A stretch of 64,000 nucleotides of DNA from Octopus bimaculoides (GCF_001194135.2 NC_068993.1:43536113-43600112); one strand, 5' to 3'. Counted from the first letter of the stretch, positions 1 to 13,910 are shown. Numbers and translations are program-made. Notes: generated by a model from the sequence alone, not told the origin.

Positions 1-4
1 ATAT

Positions 5-40
<36 letters not shown>

Positions 41-208
41 TATATATATCAAATATATTGTCGGTGGTTTGTTTACAACCTCATAACTTAGAAGTTTCAG
101 CAAAAGGAACTGACAGACATAAATGCTGGAGTTGATTTTTTTTTTTTCAGTTAGCCTTCAAGGGTTTAGTGGAAATACTTAAAAAGAAAAAAAAAAGATA
201 TACATTAA

Positions 209-383
209 CTCTTTAGAATTTAGACAGGCCAGGTCTGGCCTCTCACACCTAACCTAAAATGCTATTCTAGAAATAACCGCATCATTGAAATCTCAAAACA
301 GCAATGTAATAATGAATGATTAATTTAAAACAATGTGAATAAACAAACATGACATTTGAGAGAACAGTTTGAATGATAAAGGG
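209..383 (-). mobile_element. piggyBac-type MITE, family 1, internally deleted, reverse orientation
   Basis: TTAA at 205-208 and 384-387; degenerate TIRs CTCTTTAGAATT/AATGATAAAGGG; internal sequence is the reverse complement of the 7807 copy. Confidence 0.72.
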
Positions 384-824
384 TTAAACAATTGAAATTC
401 AACACAAATATGGTATCAAAAGTGTTAGAATGAGCTGTATTCATGAAAGAGCTTGGGTTGGTCACAGACAGGTCTTGGATTGATCATGGATAGAGCTTGG
501 ATTGTTCACAGACAGGTTGGCATCAAAAAGTTCCTCTCAATCTGAACAATTTGATTTCTGATATAACATTTTTAGAAAAGTTTTTTTTTTTTTAATGATT
601 TCGTTATAGGAAAAAAATATATAAATATTTTGCTTGGTTTACTAATAAACCGTGGGAACCATAAACATGAACATCTCACTATGTAATAACAAACTTGTTT
701 TCATTTTGTTGCTAGCACTCATTTTTATTAAGCTACACTTCTTCCCTGACTGATTTTTATTCTCAAGACACTGTTGTATAAAAGATCCGTATAGAAAAAC
801 ATAAATAATAGGTGTAGAAATTTA

Positions 825-857
<33 letters not shown>

Positions 858-1837
858 AAGAGAAAAGAAAGCCATTCAAATGAAAGCAGTAACAACAACA
901 AAAAAAGCAAGTCTTTTCTTTCTCTAATAATATATATATATATTTATATATATATATATATATATGTGACTATTCTTCTCCGACTTCTGACTCATGAATA
1001 TTTTGCCAGTCACATGTGAAATAACTTGTAGTTCTTGTTCGTCGCTGTCCTACCAACCTGCTGCTTCACTGATTCTGTGGACTCTTAATCTAAAAGCTCA
1101 ATGTAATGCACTAAACGACCTTCAATCCTACTTCATTGTACCATTGTTTTTCTTACCTTATTTTTGTATTTCTATCCCTGGCAATTACTAATTAACTGGG
1201 GGAGAGAGAAATGTCTTTTACCTTTTTTGTCGCTAATAACATCAATATATATATATATATGACAGTATATACATATGATTATATACACATTCACACACGC
1301 ACGTATATATGCATTCATGCATATGTATACATAACATATTCGTTATAATAAATTCATCTGTCAAGATAGAGCTTGCCTGTTTCAAGTGACATTCATGTGC
1401 TCACTCATATAGACGTGCACACACTCTACCTTTTTAAGGGACTTGACATGTTATTTGGGGTGGTGGTTATTGTACAATATAAAGCTGGTTACTTAAAACT
1501 TTACGCAAATTTCATTAATACAATAATTCTAAGAATCATAAAAATATTCAAACACTGACAGTTGCTCTTTGTGTCACTCTTTAACTATATCCTGCATCAA
1601 CTTCTAAATTTATTTCCAAATCTAGCCTTCATTAGCTTCACAGCTTCACAGCTTCACACTTAACATTATATTCTACATGTTTCAAATTTCTGGAAAAAAA
1701 AAATGAAGTTTATTGAAGTTACATGGTACTGAGTTATTCAATACGCTAGGCCTTCTTCCCCCTTCTCTTCGTCCTCCAATGTGTATCCCATTTCCTAGCC
1801 TTACACTATGTGCCCCTTCTCCCTGCCCTACATGTTG

Positions 1838-1882
<45 letters not shown>

Positions 1883-2474
1883 CTTTTAGCAGACAACTCA
1901 CAGATGCACAAGCTAGATACCAGTTAAAAACTCCAAATTGATCAACTTGTGACTGAAAAAAGAAACTTGCCCAAAGTGTCACGCAGTGAGATTGAACCAA
2001 GAACCATGTAGTTGGATACTAAACTTCTTTACTATACAGCTTTGGTTGATGTCTGCTGAGTATTTATGAGCTTAAGTATGAGTGAAGTATGAGTGAAGTA
2101 TGAGTGAAGTATAAGTGGAGTGTTTGTGTCACCATTGTATTTATAATAGAAAAGCCAAAGAAATGCTATCAGTACTTCACTGAATGATTCGCTTTTAAAA
2201 ATTAAAACTCTTGAATGTAGTTACAAAAATAGAGATCATAGTTGTGGGGAAAATAAGCTTTTAATGTATATCTCTTTCTCCCTCCCCCTTTCTCTGTCTT
2301 TCTCTGTAGCTTTCTTTACCACCATCCATCCCTCTCTCTCTCTCTCTCTCTCAAGTCATTCTCATAGAATTTTAAGCTGTTGAAGAACTTAAATATTTTC
2401 ATCAGTCTTTTGCATTCTTGTTGGTCTTGACTCTTTTTTATAAACCCAAGCTCTGACTTGTTTGATAATATTAA

Positions 2475-2926
2475 ATATCGGTTTCAAATTTTGGCACAAA
2501 GCCAGCAAATTCAGCAGAAGGGGTAAGTTGATTGCATCAACCTCAGTACTCAACTGGTACTTATTTTATTGACCCCAAAAGGGTGAAAGGCAAGGTTGAG
2601 ACCTCAGCAGCATTTGAACTCAAACCATGAAGACAAACAAAATGCTGTTAAGCCCAGCATGCTTAAGATTCTACCAACTCACTGCCTTACTAATATTAAA
2701 TATTTATATTTTTATTGTCCACAGGGCGGGGGCTAAACACAGAGGGGACAAACAAGGACAGACAAAGGGATTAAGTCGATTACATTGACCCCAGTGCATA
2801 ACTAGTACTTATTTAATCGACCCCAAAAGGATGAATGGCAAAGTTGAACTCAGAACGTAACAGCAGATGAAATACCGCTAAGCATATCACCCGGCATGCC
2901 AAAGATTCTGCCAGCTCACCACCCTT
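2475..2926 (-). mobile_element. Two tandem family A SINEs (2475-2688 and 2708-2926)
   Basis: Both are reverse complements of the 29586 copy; the second has an alternative 3' end. Confidence 0.75.
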
Positions 2927-2959
2927 GTAATATTAACTATTACTGTAACTTCTATTCAA

Positions 2960-3501
2960 GTGTTTCATGAGGTTTGGTAATCTTGGTGACACCTATTTCC
3001 TGTCCACAATATGGATTAGCTCTCAGGGAGCTAGCTCATCCACATTCGGTAAGTTTTCTTATATAATGCTGCCAGGTACACATATATGCACCCTCCTCCT
3101 CTTTGGACAAACCCAGTTGTCCCATCATTGTTGTTATGATGTGGTGTTTTCCACAGTTATAATGTGTGGCCATTGTTGTGAATGTAGCTGTTGTGTCTAC
3201 TCTAGTAGCCATGATATTTTCTTTGTATCGGATACGGTGTATCTCTTCTATACCGGAATGGTAATACACCACTTTGTTTATCATGTTATTGCTGATAGCT
3301 CTGCAAGACACCGAATTTGAACCATCTACCTTGACTGCGACTCAAACTCGACTATAACACATAACTGACACACAACTCCAACTGAGATCTCATACAACAA
3401 CTAACACATGAGTCCCTGTACTGGTTGACGTCATCTCGCTTTATAGTGACTGTGTCATACCACTTGTCCCATGCGAGAGGTGTACCATTTCCCCTACAAC
3501 A
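2960..3501 (-). mobile_element. Possible LTR retrotransposon remnant (LTR about 3501-3174 plus decayed internal start)
   Basis: The minus strand has a TGT start, a TATAAA box, an ACA end followed by aTGGCC (PBS-like position), and a short reading frame ...WQHYIRKLTE weakly like a Gypsy Gag N-terminus. No second LTR. Confidence 0.33.
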
Positions 3502-4437
3502 ATAGTAATAATAACAATCCTTCTTATTTTAAGCTCCAAGTAATCTGTTAATCTCTTTGGAGTTTCAGTCATTTGGCTGTCACCATACTGGAGCACTGCT
3601 ATTTATTAAACAATTTTTTTATTTTACCTTTAACTAACAATAACAAGCTTTCCCTTTTTCTACTTTGCATTCTCCTTCGGGCTTTTGTAAAGATTCTCAA
3701 AGACATTTTCAACCCATTTTGTACATTGTGTAATTTATATCTTTAAAAATTTTGCTTGAATAAATTCTCTTTTCACAGTTTTCTATTTTAATTTTTAATA
3801 TAAAAAAATGTTATCTCAGTCTCTATGTAAAAGGAGAGGAGACTGACTTTAAAAAGAATTATCGTAATTAAAACTAAAAACAAAATCCTAACACATAGTG
3901 CATATCTTTTTCCTCCTCTTTCTTATTCTGATCATTTTTAAGTAATATATCTTGATTCTCTCTTTTCTTTTCTCATTTGTTTTCTATTTTTCTTTCCCAT
4001 CTTTACCTCCATTCCACATAATTCCTTTCTATTTCATTTCATTGTAATCTTTTTTAACTTGTAATTCTTCTTTGCCTCAACCATTCATACAATCCTGTTT
4101 GTCATGCCATGTTTTTTGGGTTTTTTTCTACTTTACTACAGCTATCCCTTAATTTACTGATTTCGCTCATTATTTTCTATATTCTACAAAGCCATTATTA
4201 TGTTCAGGATCAGAATCATTAAAGAGTCAAAAAAAAAAATGCCCTGCCGTGTTCGTTCCAACTCTCTACATTCTGAGTTCAAATCCTGCTTAAGTCAACT
4301 TTGCCTTCCTTTCAGAGTGGATTGAATAAAGTACCAATCAAGTACTAGAGTTGATGCAATGGACTAATCTTCTCAAATCCCTTCCCTGTCAAAATTGCTG
4401 GCCTTGTACTTGAATTAAAAGCAATTATATTCGGACA

Positions 4438-4790
4438 TAGGTACAGGTATGGCTGTAAGGTCACTTTGTAACCACATGGTTTCAGGTTCAGTCCCACTGG
4501 GTAGCACCTTAGGCAAGTCTTCTGCTAGAGTTCAGGGTCAACCAATGCCATGAAAGTGAATTAAGTAGATAGAAACTGTGTGAAGCTCATCATGTTTGTG
4601 TGTGTGTGTGACATTTGACAACTGATATCACATCCCCATAACATAGCAGTTTGGCAAAAGAGCGCAATAGAATAAGTATCGAACATAAAAATAATAAATG
4701 CCTGAGTTAACTTGTTCAACTAAAACCCTTCAAGGCAGTGCTCCAGAATGGCTGCAGTCCAATGACTGAAACAAGTAAAAGATAAAAGAA
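4438..4790 (+). mobile_element. tRNA-derived SINE, family C (internal TG microsatellite, GTAAAAGATAAAAGA tail)
   Basis: Head accacatggtttcaggttcagtcccact, middle (TG)n, 3' aatgactgaaacaagtaaaagataaaaga. Confidence 0.78.
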
Positions 4791-7277
4791 AGACAGTAGT
4801 TAATTTAACAACAAAGAACATTTTTTCTTTTTGTTTTTGTTTCTTGTTTTATTTTGTTTTTGTTTTTCCTTTGCATTTTTTAATTTCGGTTTGGACATTG
4901 TATCAAATGAAAACACTGAAGCTACATTCCACTCTAAACCACCATCACCATCACCACCATTTTCTAAGCGTGTCCAAATTCTATTGGCAGAAGGAAGACA
5001 AAACAGCCGCACCAAACTGAAAAGCAAATTTCCTTAAAGCTGTAGAACAAAATAACTTCCGTCCGTTGCTGCGTATTTCTCATTTATTATTATTGATCAT
5101 AGCCAGTCATTCTACGTGTGTCACTTTACCATTTTAGAGCTAATAAATATGGCAACAATTCTGCAATATATTCTTTGACTATTTCTTTTTTTAAAGAGAT
5201 TATAATTTGAATGAATAAAACCTAATGATATATTGCTATTTTATTGTTTTTCTCAAATTTTACCAAAGTCTCGCACATGGCTTGAAAGTTTTGAAATGAT
5301 GCTACTACTATTACCAGTCTTCAGTAAAATGCTTCAGGAGTGATACTGCTTGTATAACAGTGACACTCATTTACAACTATCATGCAATGTCAAGACAAGG
5401 AGATTTAATCACACATGCACACATATGCGTGTTCTTCTTTCTAATTCAACTGACTTAATCCACTCACAGGGTTTTCATCAGCCCAGGGTTATTGTAACTA
5501 CCATGAAGTGGTGACTGGAACCATGTGACTAGGAAGAAGTAAACTTCTTAACCACATATACAGAGAGAGAGAGAGAGAGAGAGAGAACAGGCTTCTGCAC
5601 ATCCTTCATCTACCAAATTGCACTTACAAGATATTAATCAACCCCTGGCTCTACTAGGAAACACTTGCCCCCATAGTAACACACTGTGGAACTAAACCTA
5701 GAATGACATGCCTTGCGAAGAAGCTCTTAACCACACAGCTATGTCTAAATATAAGAAATGAATAATTAAATGCTAGCATTGGGGAATCATTTAATAAATA
5801 ACTGTATTTGTGTTTCATCCATTTTCTTTTCTGCTTGCCACAAAATTTCCTTCTCATCTATTATATATTTTCGTTTTATGGTGATTAACAACATCATCAT
5901 GAATATTGCACATCCAACTTGTTGTTTTAGCAGTCGTAGCATTTATTCAACATGACAGCCTTGAAATGCTTTATAATGTTTTAAATAGTTTTGGTATTGA
6001 AATACTTCAAGTAAAAGTTAGTGTCTGCCTGGAACCATCAACGATGTTAGACAGACATTCCATGTTCACATGATGTCTGTTTGAATTATTCCATTAACAT
6101 GAGGCACATGCCATGCTGTTTGAAGTATGGCCGTTTTTACTATTGATTTATCTAGCTACATGTGTTCATCAGAAATGGCATCGAAGCATGGAAACCTGAT
6201 GTTCAATATTTAGGCATAGATCGGAAGATGTTGCTTCTATTGCTGCTTTTACTGAAGCACTGGCGACATAGTCATGTGTTCAAAACTTGATGTTACCATT
6301 ATTGTGTTGTGCATCTGGATAATAAGATGCATCTGTTCCTTACCATTATTAGCAGTAAGGAAGTTATCCAAGTGTAAAAACAGATTCCTCCAATAATATG
6401 CAAATGAATAAATTTGCATTGTTGAAAGCATCTCACCCATACTAGCACAAATGAATTAAAAGATGAATATAAAAGTGTGTGTGTGTTTACACACATATAT
6501 CTATGCAGTCTGATGTAAGCTTCTTGTAGAAGTTTAATAATCGTGTACTCTACTAAAAAGTATTGAGTAATTGCTAGCATGGAAGACTGACATTAAACAA
6601 TGATGATGATGATAAATTCTTCAGTCTTGTGTTAATTTGTTTTTATACACAACTTGACACAAAAACAAGCATTAATATTGTGTGTGTATGGACAGATTGC
6701 TATATGATTTTTATGCAACCAGATAGCCCCCAATATGCTGGAAAAGATAAGGCATAATTTAAGGAAAGCTATTAATGATTACCTATCTTGCAAACAAATA
6801 ATGCCAGATGTTGAAGTGTCACAGCAAATGGTGAGAAACTCTGCTGGAACAGGACTATCCAACCAATACCAGCACTGGGAAAAGAAACAAAAAACAGACA
6901 TAACACAGTCTTGCGTTTTCTGTTATTACAGTCTAACATACTTTATAGGAACATTAAAACAACCCCAACATTTGACTGGTATTTTATTTCATCAACACTG
7001 GAAGGATAAAAGACAAATTTGGCTTTGGTGAGATTTAACACGGAATGTTTGGAGCTGTAACTAATTATCACAGGCTTTTTGCCTGATATTCTAAAAATTC
7101 TGCCAAGCCACTTCTTTGATGATCATACACATACAGTATGTACTGATTGTAGTAGCTACTTCTGTTAAAGTATTTTGGTATGTTTGTTATCATATAGAAG
7201 TACAGCGTTTCAATTATCAGATTTTAATCATTTCTATACACCTTCTTGTACCTTCAAGTTCCACCTTGATACTTCAT

Positions 7278-7279
7278 CA

Positions 7280-7310
<31 letters not shown>

Positions 7311-7345
7311 TTCTCTTTCTCTCTCTCTCTCTTTCTCTCTCTATT

Positions 7346-7376
<31 letters not shown>

Positions 7377-7386
7377 TTCTCTCTCT
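7278..7386. repeat. Imperfect (CT)n microsatellite
   Basis: Direct reading. Confidence 0.95.
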
Positions 7387-7806
7387 AGCTCCACCCCAGT
7401 TACTGCCACCCTACTCTTCTATAACCTTGTAGCTCCTCTCCTGAGGAAACCTGTTCTACTTTGGCTTCTTCTTTCTACTTTAAAGCCAAAAGCTGCCCTC
7501 CCCTTCTGTAGCTCCACTGAGTCAAAAATCTTAGTCTTGCAAACTGCATAGTGGACTCCCTAGTGCTGGTGCTATAAAAATAAAGTACCTAGTACACTCT
7601 GTGAGTTGTTTGGCAATATGAAGGATGTCCAGTGAGAGAAACCATACCAAAGCAAACATTGGAACACATTACACTTCAGGCCCATCGCATCCTATCAAAT
7701 TGTCCAACCTATACCAGTAGACATTAAACGATGATTTATATCCAAACTGAAGCACACAATATCATTTACCTTCTTCCCCCAAACACACAGATGCATTGCT
7801 TATTAA

Positions 7807-8029
7807 CCCTTTAGCATTCAGATTACTCTGTCGAATGTAATGCTTATTTATTCATATTGCTTTGAATTGATCACCTATTTATTATCTTGTAGCATCAAGT
7901 TATCGATATAATTGCTTATTTTTTTAGAAGGACATTGTAGGATAGGTGTGAGAAGCCAGATCTGGTCACTTTGAACATAAAACCAATAGAGTATTTGGGC
8001 TGGATATGGCCTATTTAAATGCTAAAGGG
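7807..8029 (+). mobile_element. piggyBac-type MITE, family 1 (223 bp)
   Basis: TTAA TSD at 7803-7806 and 8030-8033; perfect 12-bp TIR CCCTTTAGCATT/AATGCTAAAGGG. Confidence 0.85.
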
Positions 8030-8097
8030 TTAAATTTATGAGTTTATTATCACTAGTCTCAGTCTTGGATTCACTGAAATTCATTCATACTCTAAAC

Positions 8098-8337
8098 CAG
8101 TGTTTTCCAACTATTTTTTTTACCCATAGATCCCTTTGATTCCTATTTTACTCTGGTGGATACTCATAGTCATTCAATGTTTTAAAAATCCTATTATATT
8201 TTTAGAATTAAATATCATTAGGAACTGCATAAAACAAAAATTGGTAAGATATTTTGTGTAATGTAAAAGTATAACTACTTTATTGCAGATAAATTTTAAC
8301 AGCAAAATTTTATATGGACCCCAGTTGAGAACCACAG
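8098..8337. mobile_element. hAT (Charlie-like) MITE, 240 bp
   Basis: TIRs CAGTGTTTTCCAACT / AGTTGAGAACCACAG (11/15 match); 8-bp TSD CTCTAAAC (8090-8097) and GTCTAAAC (8338-8345). Confidence 0.72.
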
Positions 8338-9107
8338 GTCTAAACTGTTGTATTTTTCTTGAATTCTAATTTTTATGAACAGAAATTTTTAGTTTGCTGC
8401 AAGTTTAGCTATTGCTATTATAAAACATCAGTAGTTCCTGTCTCACTGCACACTTCCAAAATATTAGGAATAGTAACAGTAACATTTCCAGTACTATTTG
8501 TTCCACACACACGTATGTTAACTCCATCATAGAAAGACACTTTAATTATCAGCTTAATATATATTTCTCTTACCCTTTTACCTTCGTTATAGATCAAAAT
8601 CAATCATAGACTTTCAGTAACCATCCACCATGTAATTAAAGGCCAACTTTTACCAGACATAACAACGATATGGTAAACCTACCAAGTGTTCTCAAGTGAC
8701 CAAACAGTACATATAGTTTCATGTCTGAAAGATATTGAAGCCAGCTAAGTCCATTTCAAGTCATAGGCATCTTAAACACAAATAAAATGCAACATTCCTA
8801 ATACAAAAAAAAAAGAAACAAACTAAAAAGGAAAACAAGAGTTAAGTAAAATGTCTACAAGACAAGACATATCTCCTATGGTTTCAAAGAATTGCTGGAA
8901 TACACAATTGAAACAGTCCAGACTATACGAGAATTTCATATGACCAAGCTCTCATTTTTCACTTGTTCGTTAACATCCACTATCTTAGTTATGCACAATT
9001 CATTAAAATGTTTGCATTTTATCTTGTATGTAACAGCTAAGTTCTTTCCCCTTTTTAACTAAATTGACTTACTATTGATGTGCTCTGAAGATATCTACAT
9101 CAAATAA

Positions 9108-9144
<37 letters not shown>

Positions 9145-9779
9145 TGAATATATATACACATGCACATATATATACATATATCCACACATATTTTATACAT
9201 GTATATATATATATACATATATCCACACATATATTTGTATGTGTGTGTGTGTGTGTGTGTAATTCAAAGTTTTACTGTGTAAGCAGTTGGCCATTATTTC
9301 TTAACAATGACACAAGATCTTTTTGCAAAATATTCTCAACTGTCTCTCGAAATCAATACAAGTTTATCAGTGATGAGGATAACAACAACAACAACGACAA
9401 TGATGAAAGCACATATGTATGTACGATATGATATTATTTGTTTAATGATTCAAAGTTGGAGAGTTGGCTTTATCAAAGAAACTGAAATACAATAATATCA
9501 CTGCAGATAAAAATAAGACCATAAATTGTTTTATAGCACTCCATTAAGCAGAAATTCTTTTGTGGCAGGGAGGGGAATGTGGGTGGGGAGTGAGGAATTG
9601 AGGAATATCACTTGTTTGGTCCTCTCTTCCTCTCTCTATCCTCCCCCCTCTCTCCTTTCTCTCCTGTCCCTTCTCATTCCTTCCCTTTCTCTCCCACTCC
9701 TCCTCTTCTTCCCCCTCTGTCTCCCTCTATCTGTCTCTCTATCTCTATTTCTCTATCCATCTCTACCTAGCCTTCTCTT

Positions 9780-9825
<46 letters not shown>

Positions 9826-9921
9826 CATTCCTCTCTCCCTCCTCTCTTTCCTTCCCCCTCCTGTTCCTTCATATTCCTTCTCCCTCCCTTCATCTTGCCT
9901 TCCTTCCTTCCCTCCCTCCCT

Positions 9922-10406
9922 NNNNNNNNNNNNNNNNNNNNNNNNNNNNNNNNNNNNNNNNNNNNNNNNNNNNNNNNNNNNNNNNNNNNNNNNNNNNNNN
10001 NNNNNNNNNNNNNNNNNNNNNNNNNNNNNNNNNNNNNNNNNNNNNNNNNNNNNNNNNNNNNNNNNNNNNNNNNNNNNNNNNNNNNNNNNNNNNNNNNNNN
10101 NNNNNNNNNNNNNNNNNNNNNNNNNNNNNNNNNNNNNNNNNNNNNNNNNNNNNNNNNNNNNNNNNNNNNNNNNNNNNNNNNNNNNNNNNNNNNNNNNNNN
10201 NNNNNNNNNNNNNNNNNNNNNNNNNNNNNNNNNNNNNNNNNNNNNNNNNNNNNNNNNNNNNNNNNNNNNNNNNNNNNNNNNNNNNNNNNNNNNNNNNNNN
10301 NNNNNNNNNNNNNNNNNNNNNNNNNNNNNNNNNNNNNNNNNNNNNNNNNNNNNNNNNNNNNNNNNNNNNNNNNNNNNNNNNNNNNNNNNNNNNNNNNNNN
10401 NNNNNN
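9922..10406. other. Assembly gap (485 N)
   Basis: N run between a CT-rich tract and (TA)n. Confidence 1.
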
Positions 10407-10442
<36 letters not shown>

Positions 10443-10729
10443 AATATTACTGTTTGTGGACAAGAAGGTATATAGTTTCATATTACAATGTTACTGTTGT
10501 GGACAAGGAGCATTTTTACTGTTCATTTGTATTATGTTTGTTTTCCTGTGGGTTAGTTGGATATATGTTACTGATAGATTGTTTTACAGCCGTGATAATA
10601 TGTATTACTCTAACCCATGCTGGCATGGAAAAAATGGACAAACTGATAGATACAGAAAAACAGACAAGCTGACAGGATAGTTAAATAGAAAAAGACAGAC
10701 AGACTGAGAGACGGACAAATAGTGAGAAA

Positions 10730-11460
10730 AAGACACTGAATCAACCTTAATATTGGATTGGTACTTTATCAATCTTGAAAGGTTGAAAGGCAATGATGTC
10801 CTCAGTAAGATTTGAAACTCACATCACAAGGAAAAAGAACACCGTATTTGATGTTCCAATAATTCTACCAATATCCCAACTTAGTCTATATAGCAATATG
10901 AAAGTACATTTAATATTAAGTTCAAATTCTGCTGAGGTCGACTTTGCCTTTCATCCTTTCAGGGTTAACAAATTTATTACTAGTTGTGTACTGGGGTCGA
11001 TCTAAATTTCGGACCTTGTGCCTAGAGTAGAAAAGAATATTAAGGTAAACTAAGATGGTGAGCTGGCAGAATTGTTAGCACGCTGGGTAAAATGCTTAGT
11101 GGCATTTCGCCCATCTTTACATTCTGAGTTCAAATTCTGCCGATGTCCACTTTGTCTTTCATCCTTTTGGGATTGATAAACTAAGTACCAGTTGAGTGCT
11201 GGGACCAATGTAATTGACTTAACCCCTACCCCAAAATTGCTGGCCTTGTGCCAAAATTTAAAACCAACATTAGACTAAGGGGACAAGCCTGAGCATATCA
11301 AGCAAAATGCTTAGCATCTTTATGTTCTGAGTTCAAATTCCACCAAGGTTGACTTTGCCTTTCATATTTTCAAGGTTCATAAAGCAAGGAACATTTGAGC
11401 ACTGGAGTTAATGTAATCGAAATTGCTGGCCTTGTGCCAAAATTTGAAATCAGTATTAAG
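10730..11460. mobile_element. Cluster of family A SINEs: one minus partial (about 10730-10820) and three plus copies (about 10905-11040, 11053-11270, 11280-11460)
   Basis: Repeated gagttcaaattc...actttgcctttcat and aaattgctggccttgtgccaaaattt motifs. Confidence 0.78.
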
Positions 11461-11719
11461 GTAGACTTATATATTAGGCAGACTTGAATCTATACATTAT
11501 TATTATTATATTAGGCAGATATTTATATTAAGGTAGATATAAAAGTTTATATTATTGAGTTAGGAAGATATTTTATATTGCGGTAGAATTGCAGTCTGTT
11601 TTATATTAAACTATCATTGATTTGCTGAGGTATAATATAAAATACTAGTTACTAAAGGTGGAGTCCATTTTATTATAAATTTTGATTTGTTTTGAGTGAG
11701 AGTTTAAGTTTAAACTGGT

Positions 11720-11725
11720 AACTTT

Positions 11726-11758
<33 letters not shown>

Positions 11759-11885
11759 GTGTATACACATACATACATACATATATGCATATATATATAT
11801 ATATAATAATAATATAAATAATATATAAATATATGCATATATCCATACATATATGTTCATACCTACATCTATATGTATACATACA

Positions 11886-11941
<56 letters not shown>
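11720..11941. repeat. Compound (TA)n/(CA)n/(TACA)n microsatellite
   Basis: Direct reading. Confidence 0.95.
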
Positions 11942-11942
<1 letters not shown>

Positions 11943-12944
11943 GAGCAGGTTGTGTGTATAGTATATTGTCTCCAACAGTCGAAGAGTTGACTATTCATCT
12001 ATCTGCACATATGTATGTGTATGCTTTCATCTCTCTATATATACATAACAGACACATATATATATAACATACATGCATGCGTACATACAAACATATAGCT
12101 CATATCTTAAAACAGAAAGAATTTTTTAAACATGTAACTGTATGTTCACTACTAATGAATTATGTGTCCTCAGGACAACTAAATCTTTTTAAAATAAAAT
12201 TGTAAATTTTTGCATCAAAGTCGAACAATATTTTTGAATTATTAATGTTCATGTTATTAGAAGGATGTGGAGTGAGGAAGGCAGAGGAGCGCTATCTGTC
12301 AGTAACGATGAAATTTTGATTATATATGATATTTTGCCAGGTTTGAAGAAAGTCTTTTCTCTGTTTTCATTGGTCACTTCCTAAATGCTATTAAAACAGA
12401 TAGCTTGTTATTGAAGCCATGGTGTATGAGGAGAAAATAAATTTCAGAGTAAAATAACTAGCCAGCAGGTAAAATACTAAAATAATATAAACACCACTAC
12501 TTTCATTCCCTTTCTCATGCAACCTCTGCGGATCATAAAATTGATATGAAAAAAAAAATGGTTCATCTTTTTGGTTTTATTGTCATGTCTTGTCTTTAAG
12601 TCTTCAACAGTTTTGAATGAATTCTTATCAAAATTTAGAAATTTTAAAAGAACAAAAAATAAAGTGTACAGGATAGACTTTGGCATATCTGTGTGATTAA
12701 GAAATTCACAGTGTAACTATGAGGTTTTTGGTTTTAAGTTCCACAGTTGTAGCATCTTGTGTAAAAGTTTCCTATTATAGCCCTGGGCTAACCAATATTT
12801 TGTGAGTTTGGTAGTTAGTGACTATAGAATCCCATTCTGTGTGTTTGTGTGTGTATGTATATATTTATATATGTGAACGTCTGCATTTATATGCAAGTCT
12901 GTGTGTTTGTGTGAATCTTTGTATTTGTCTCTCACTGCTAAGAA

Positions 12945-13288
12945 CAGGCATGGGCTGCCTCATTCAAGAAGCGGGCCACATGAGACATGGTTCATCATCA
13001 AACGGGCCACAGGTGCTAATTTACATTCAAGCCCACATTAAAATTTAAAAAAACAAAGGAGGTACCCACAATGTAACAGGCATTAATAAGAGAGGTTAGT
13101 CAGGTGTGTAATAATTATTCCCTTCAACACCAGCTTCCCCCAACCTTTTTGAGTGAGAGAGAGAGAGAGAGATTGTGTGTGTGTAAACAAATGACAATGA
13201 AATGAAACAAACAAAATTCGAATGAACATTATTTTCTTCATGAAATCAGGCAGGCCATTCAGAAAACATTGCAATTTGCCCAAGACTG
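12945..13288. mobile_element. hAT-type non-autonomous element, 344 bp
   Basis: TIRs CAGGCATGGGC / GCCCAAGACTG (9/11); subterminal gcgggccaca and acgggccaca motifs; 8-bp TSD GCTAAGAA (12937-12944) and GCTTAGAA (13289-13296). Confidence 0.68.
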
Positions 13289-13719
13289 GCTTAGAAACTG
13301 GCATTAGCTTGACTACATCTCCATAACGTAACAGTTCAAGAAAAAGGCAATGATAGAATAAGTGCCAGCCTTAAAATAATTACTTAGACCAATTTCAACA
13401 CCTATACCCTTCAAGATGGTGCCCCAGCATGGCCACAGTTCAATGACTGAAAGAATAAAACAGAAAGGATATTATCAGTCAACTTCAGAGGTTGTAAATA
13501 GCTGAGTTAGATCTTAGTTCTCAGAGTTAGATATGTTTTCACACACTCAAACCATAATCAATGGATTAATGAGTCTATGAAAGCAAATTTTAAAGCAAGA
13601 ATAAATATATATCATTAGATAGAATTAATTAATCTTTCCATTTGGGTTATATCATCTAGACAATGTCTAGCATAAAACATAATTGCAATTGTCTTGAAGC
13701 TGACGAAATTTATAATGAG

Positions 13720-13910
13720 GATGTGATTATAATGTATGCTCACCCTGCTAGAAATAACAACTAAATTTCCCTCGAATTACATCCCATTGTCTTAAATAAA
13801 GACTTTGAGCAATGTAGTCTCTGATATACATTCAGAAAGATGGAATGCTCAAGGCTGGAATTCTTTGATCATAGGTCTCCTCTCCCTATGCTTACCTGGA
13901 TTTAAACAAT
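13720..13910 (+). mobile_element. Interspersed repeat family E (unclassified)
   Basis: The ctgctagaaata(a/g)ca.c...ggctggaat..tttgatcataggtct...ttaaacaa motif set recurs at about 37205-37392, 54700-54800 and 55625-55712. Confidence 0.6.

Noticed and set aside
6100-6300. Possible Tc1/mariner transposase C-terminal remnant on the minus strand (SVKAAIEA...NGH)
   Set aside because: Similarity needs several frameshifts and no TIR was found; too weak to call.
8418-8603. Minus-strand ORF ...KVSFYDGVNIRVCGTNSTGNVTVTIPNILEV...
   Set aside because: Looks protein-like but has no recognisable motif or convincing splice sites; a blastx hit would be needed.
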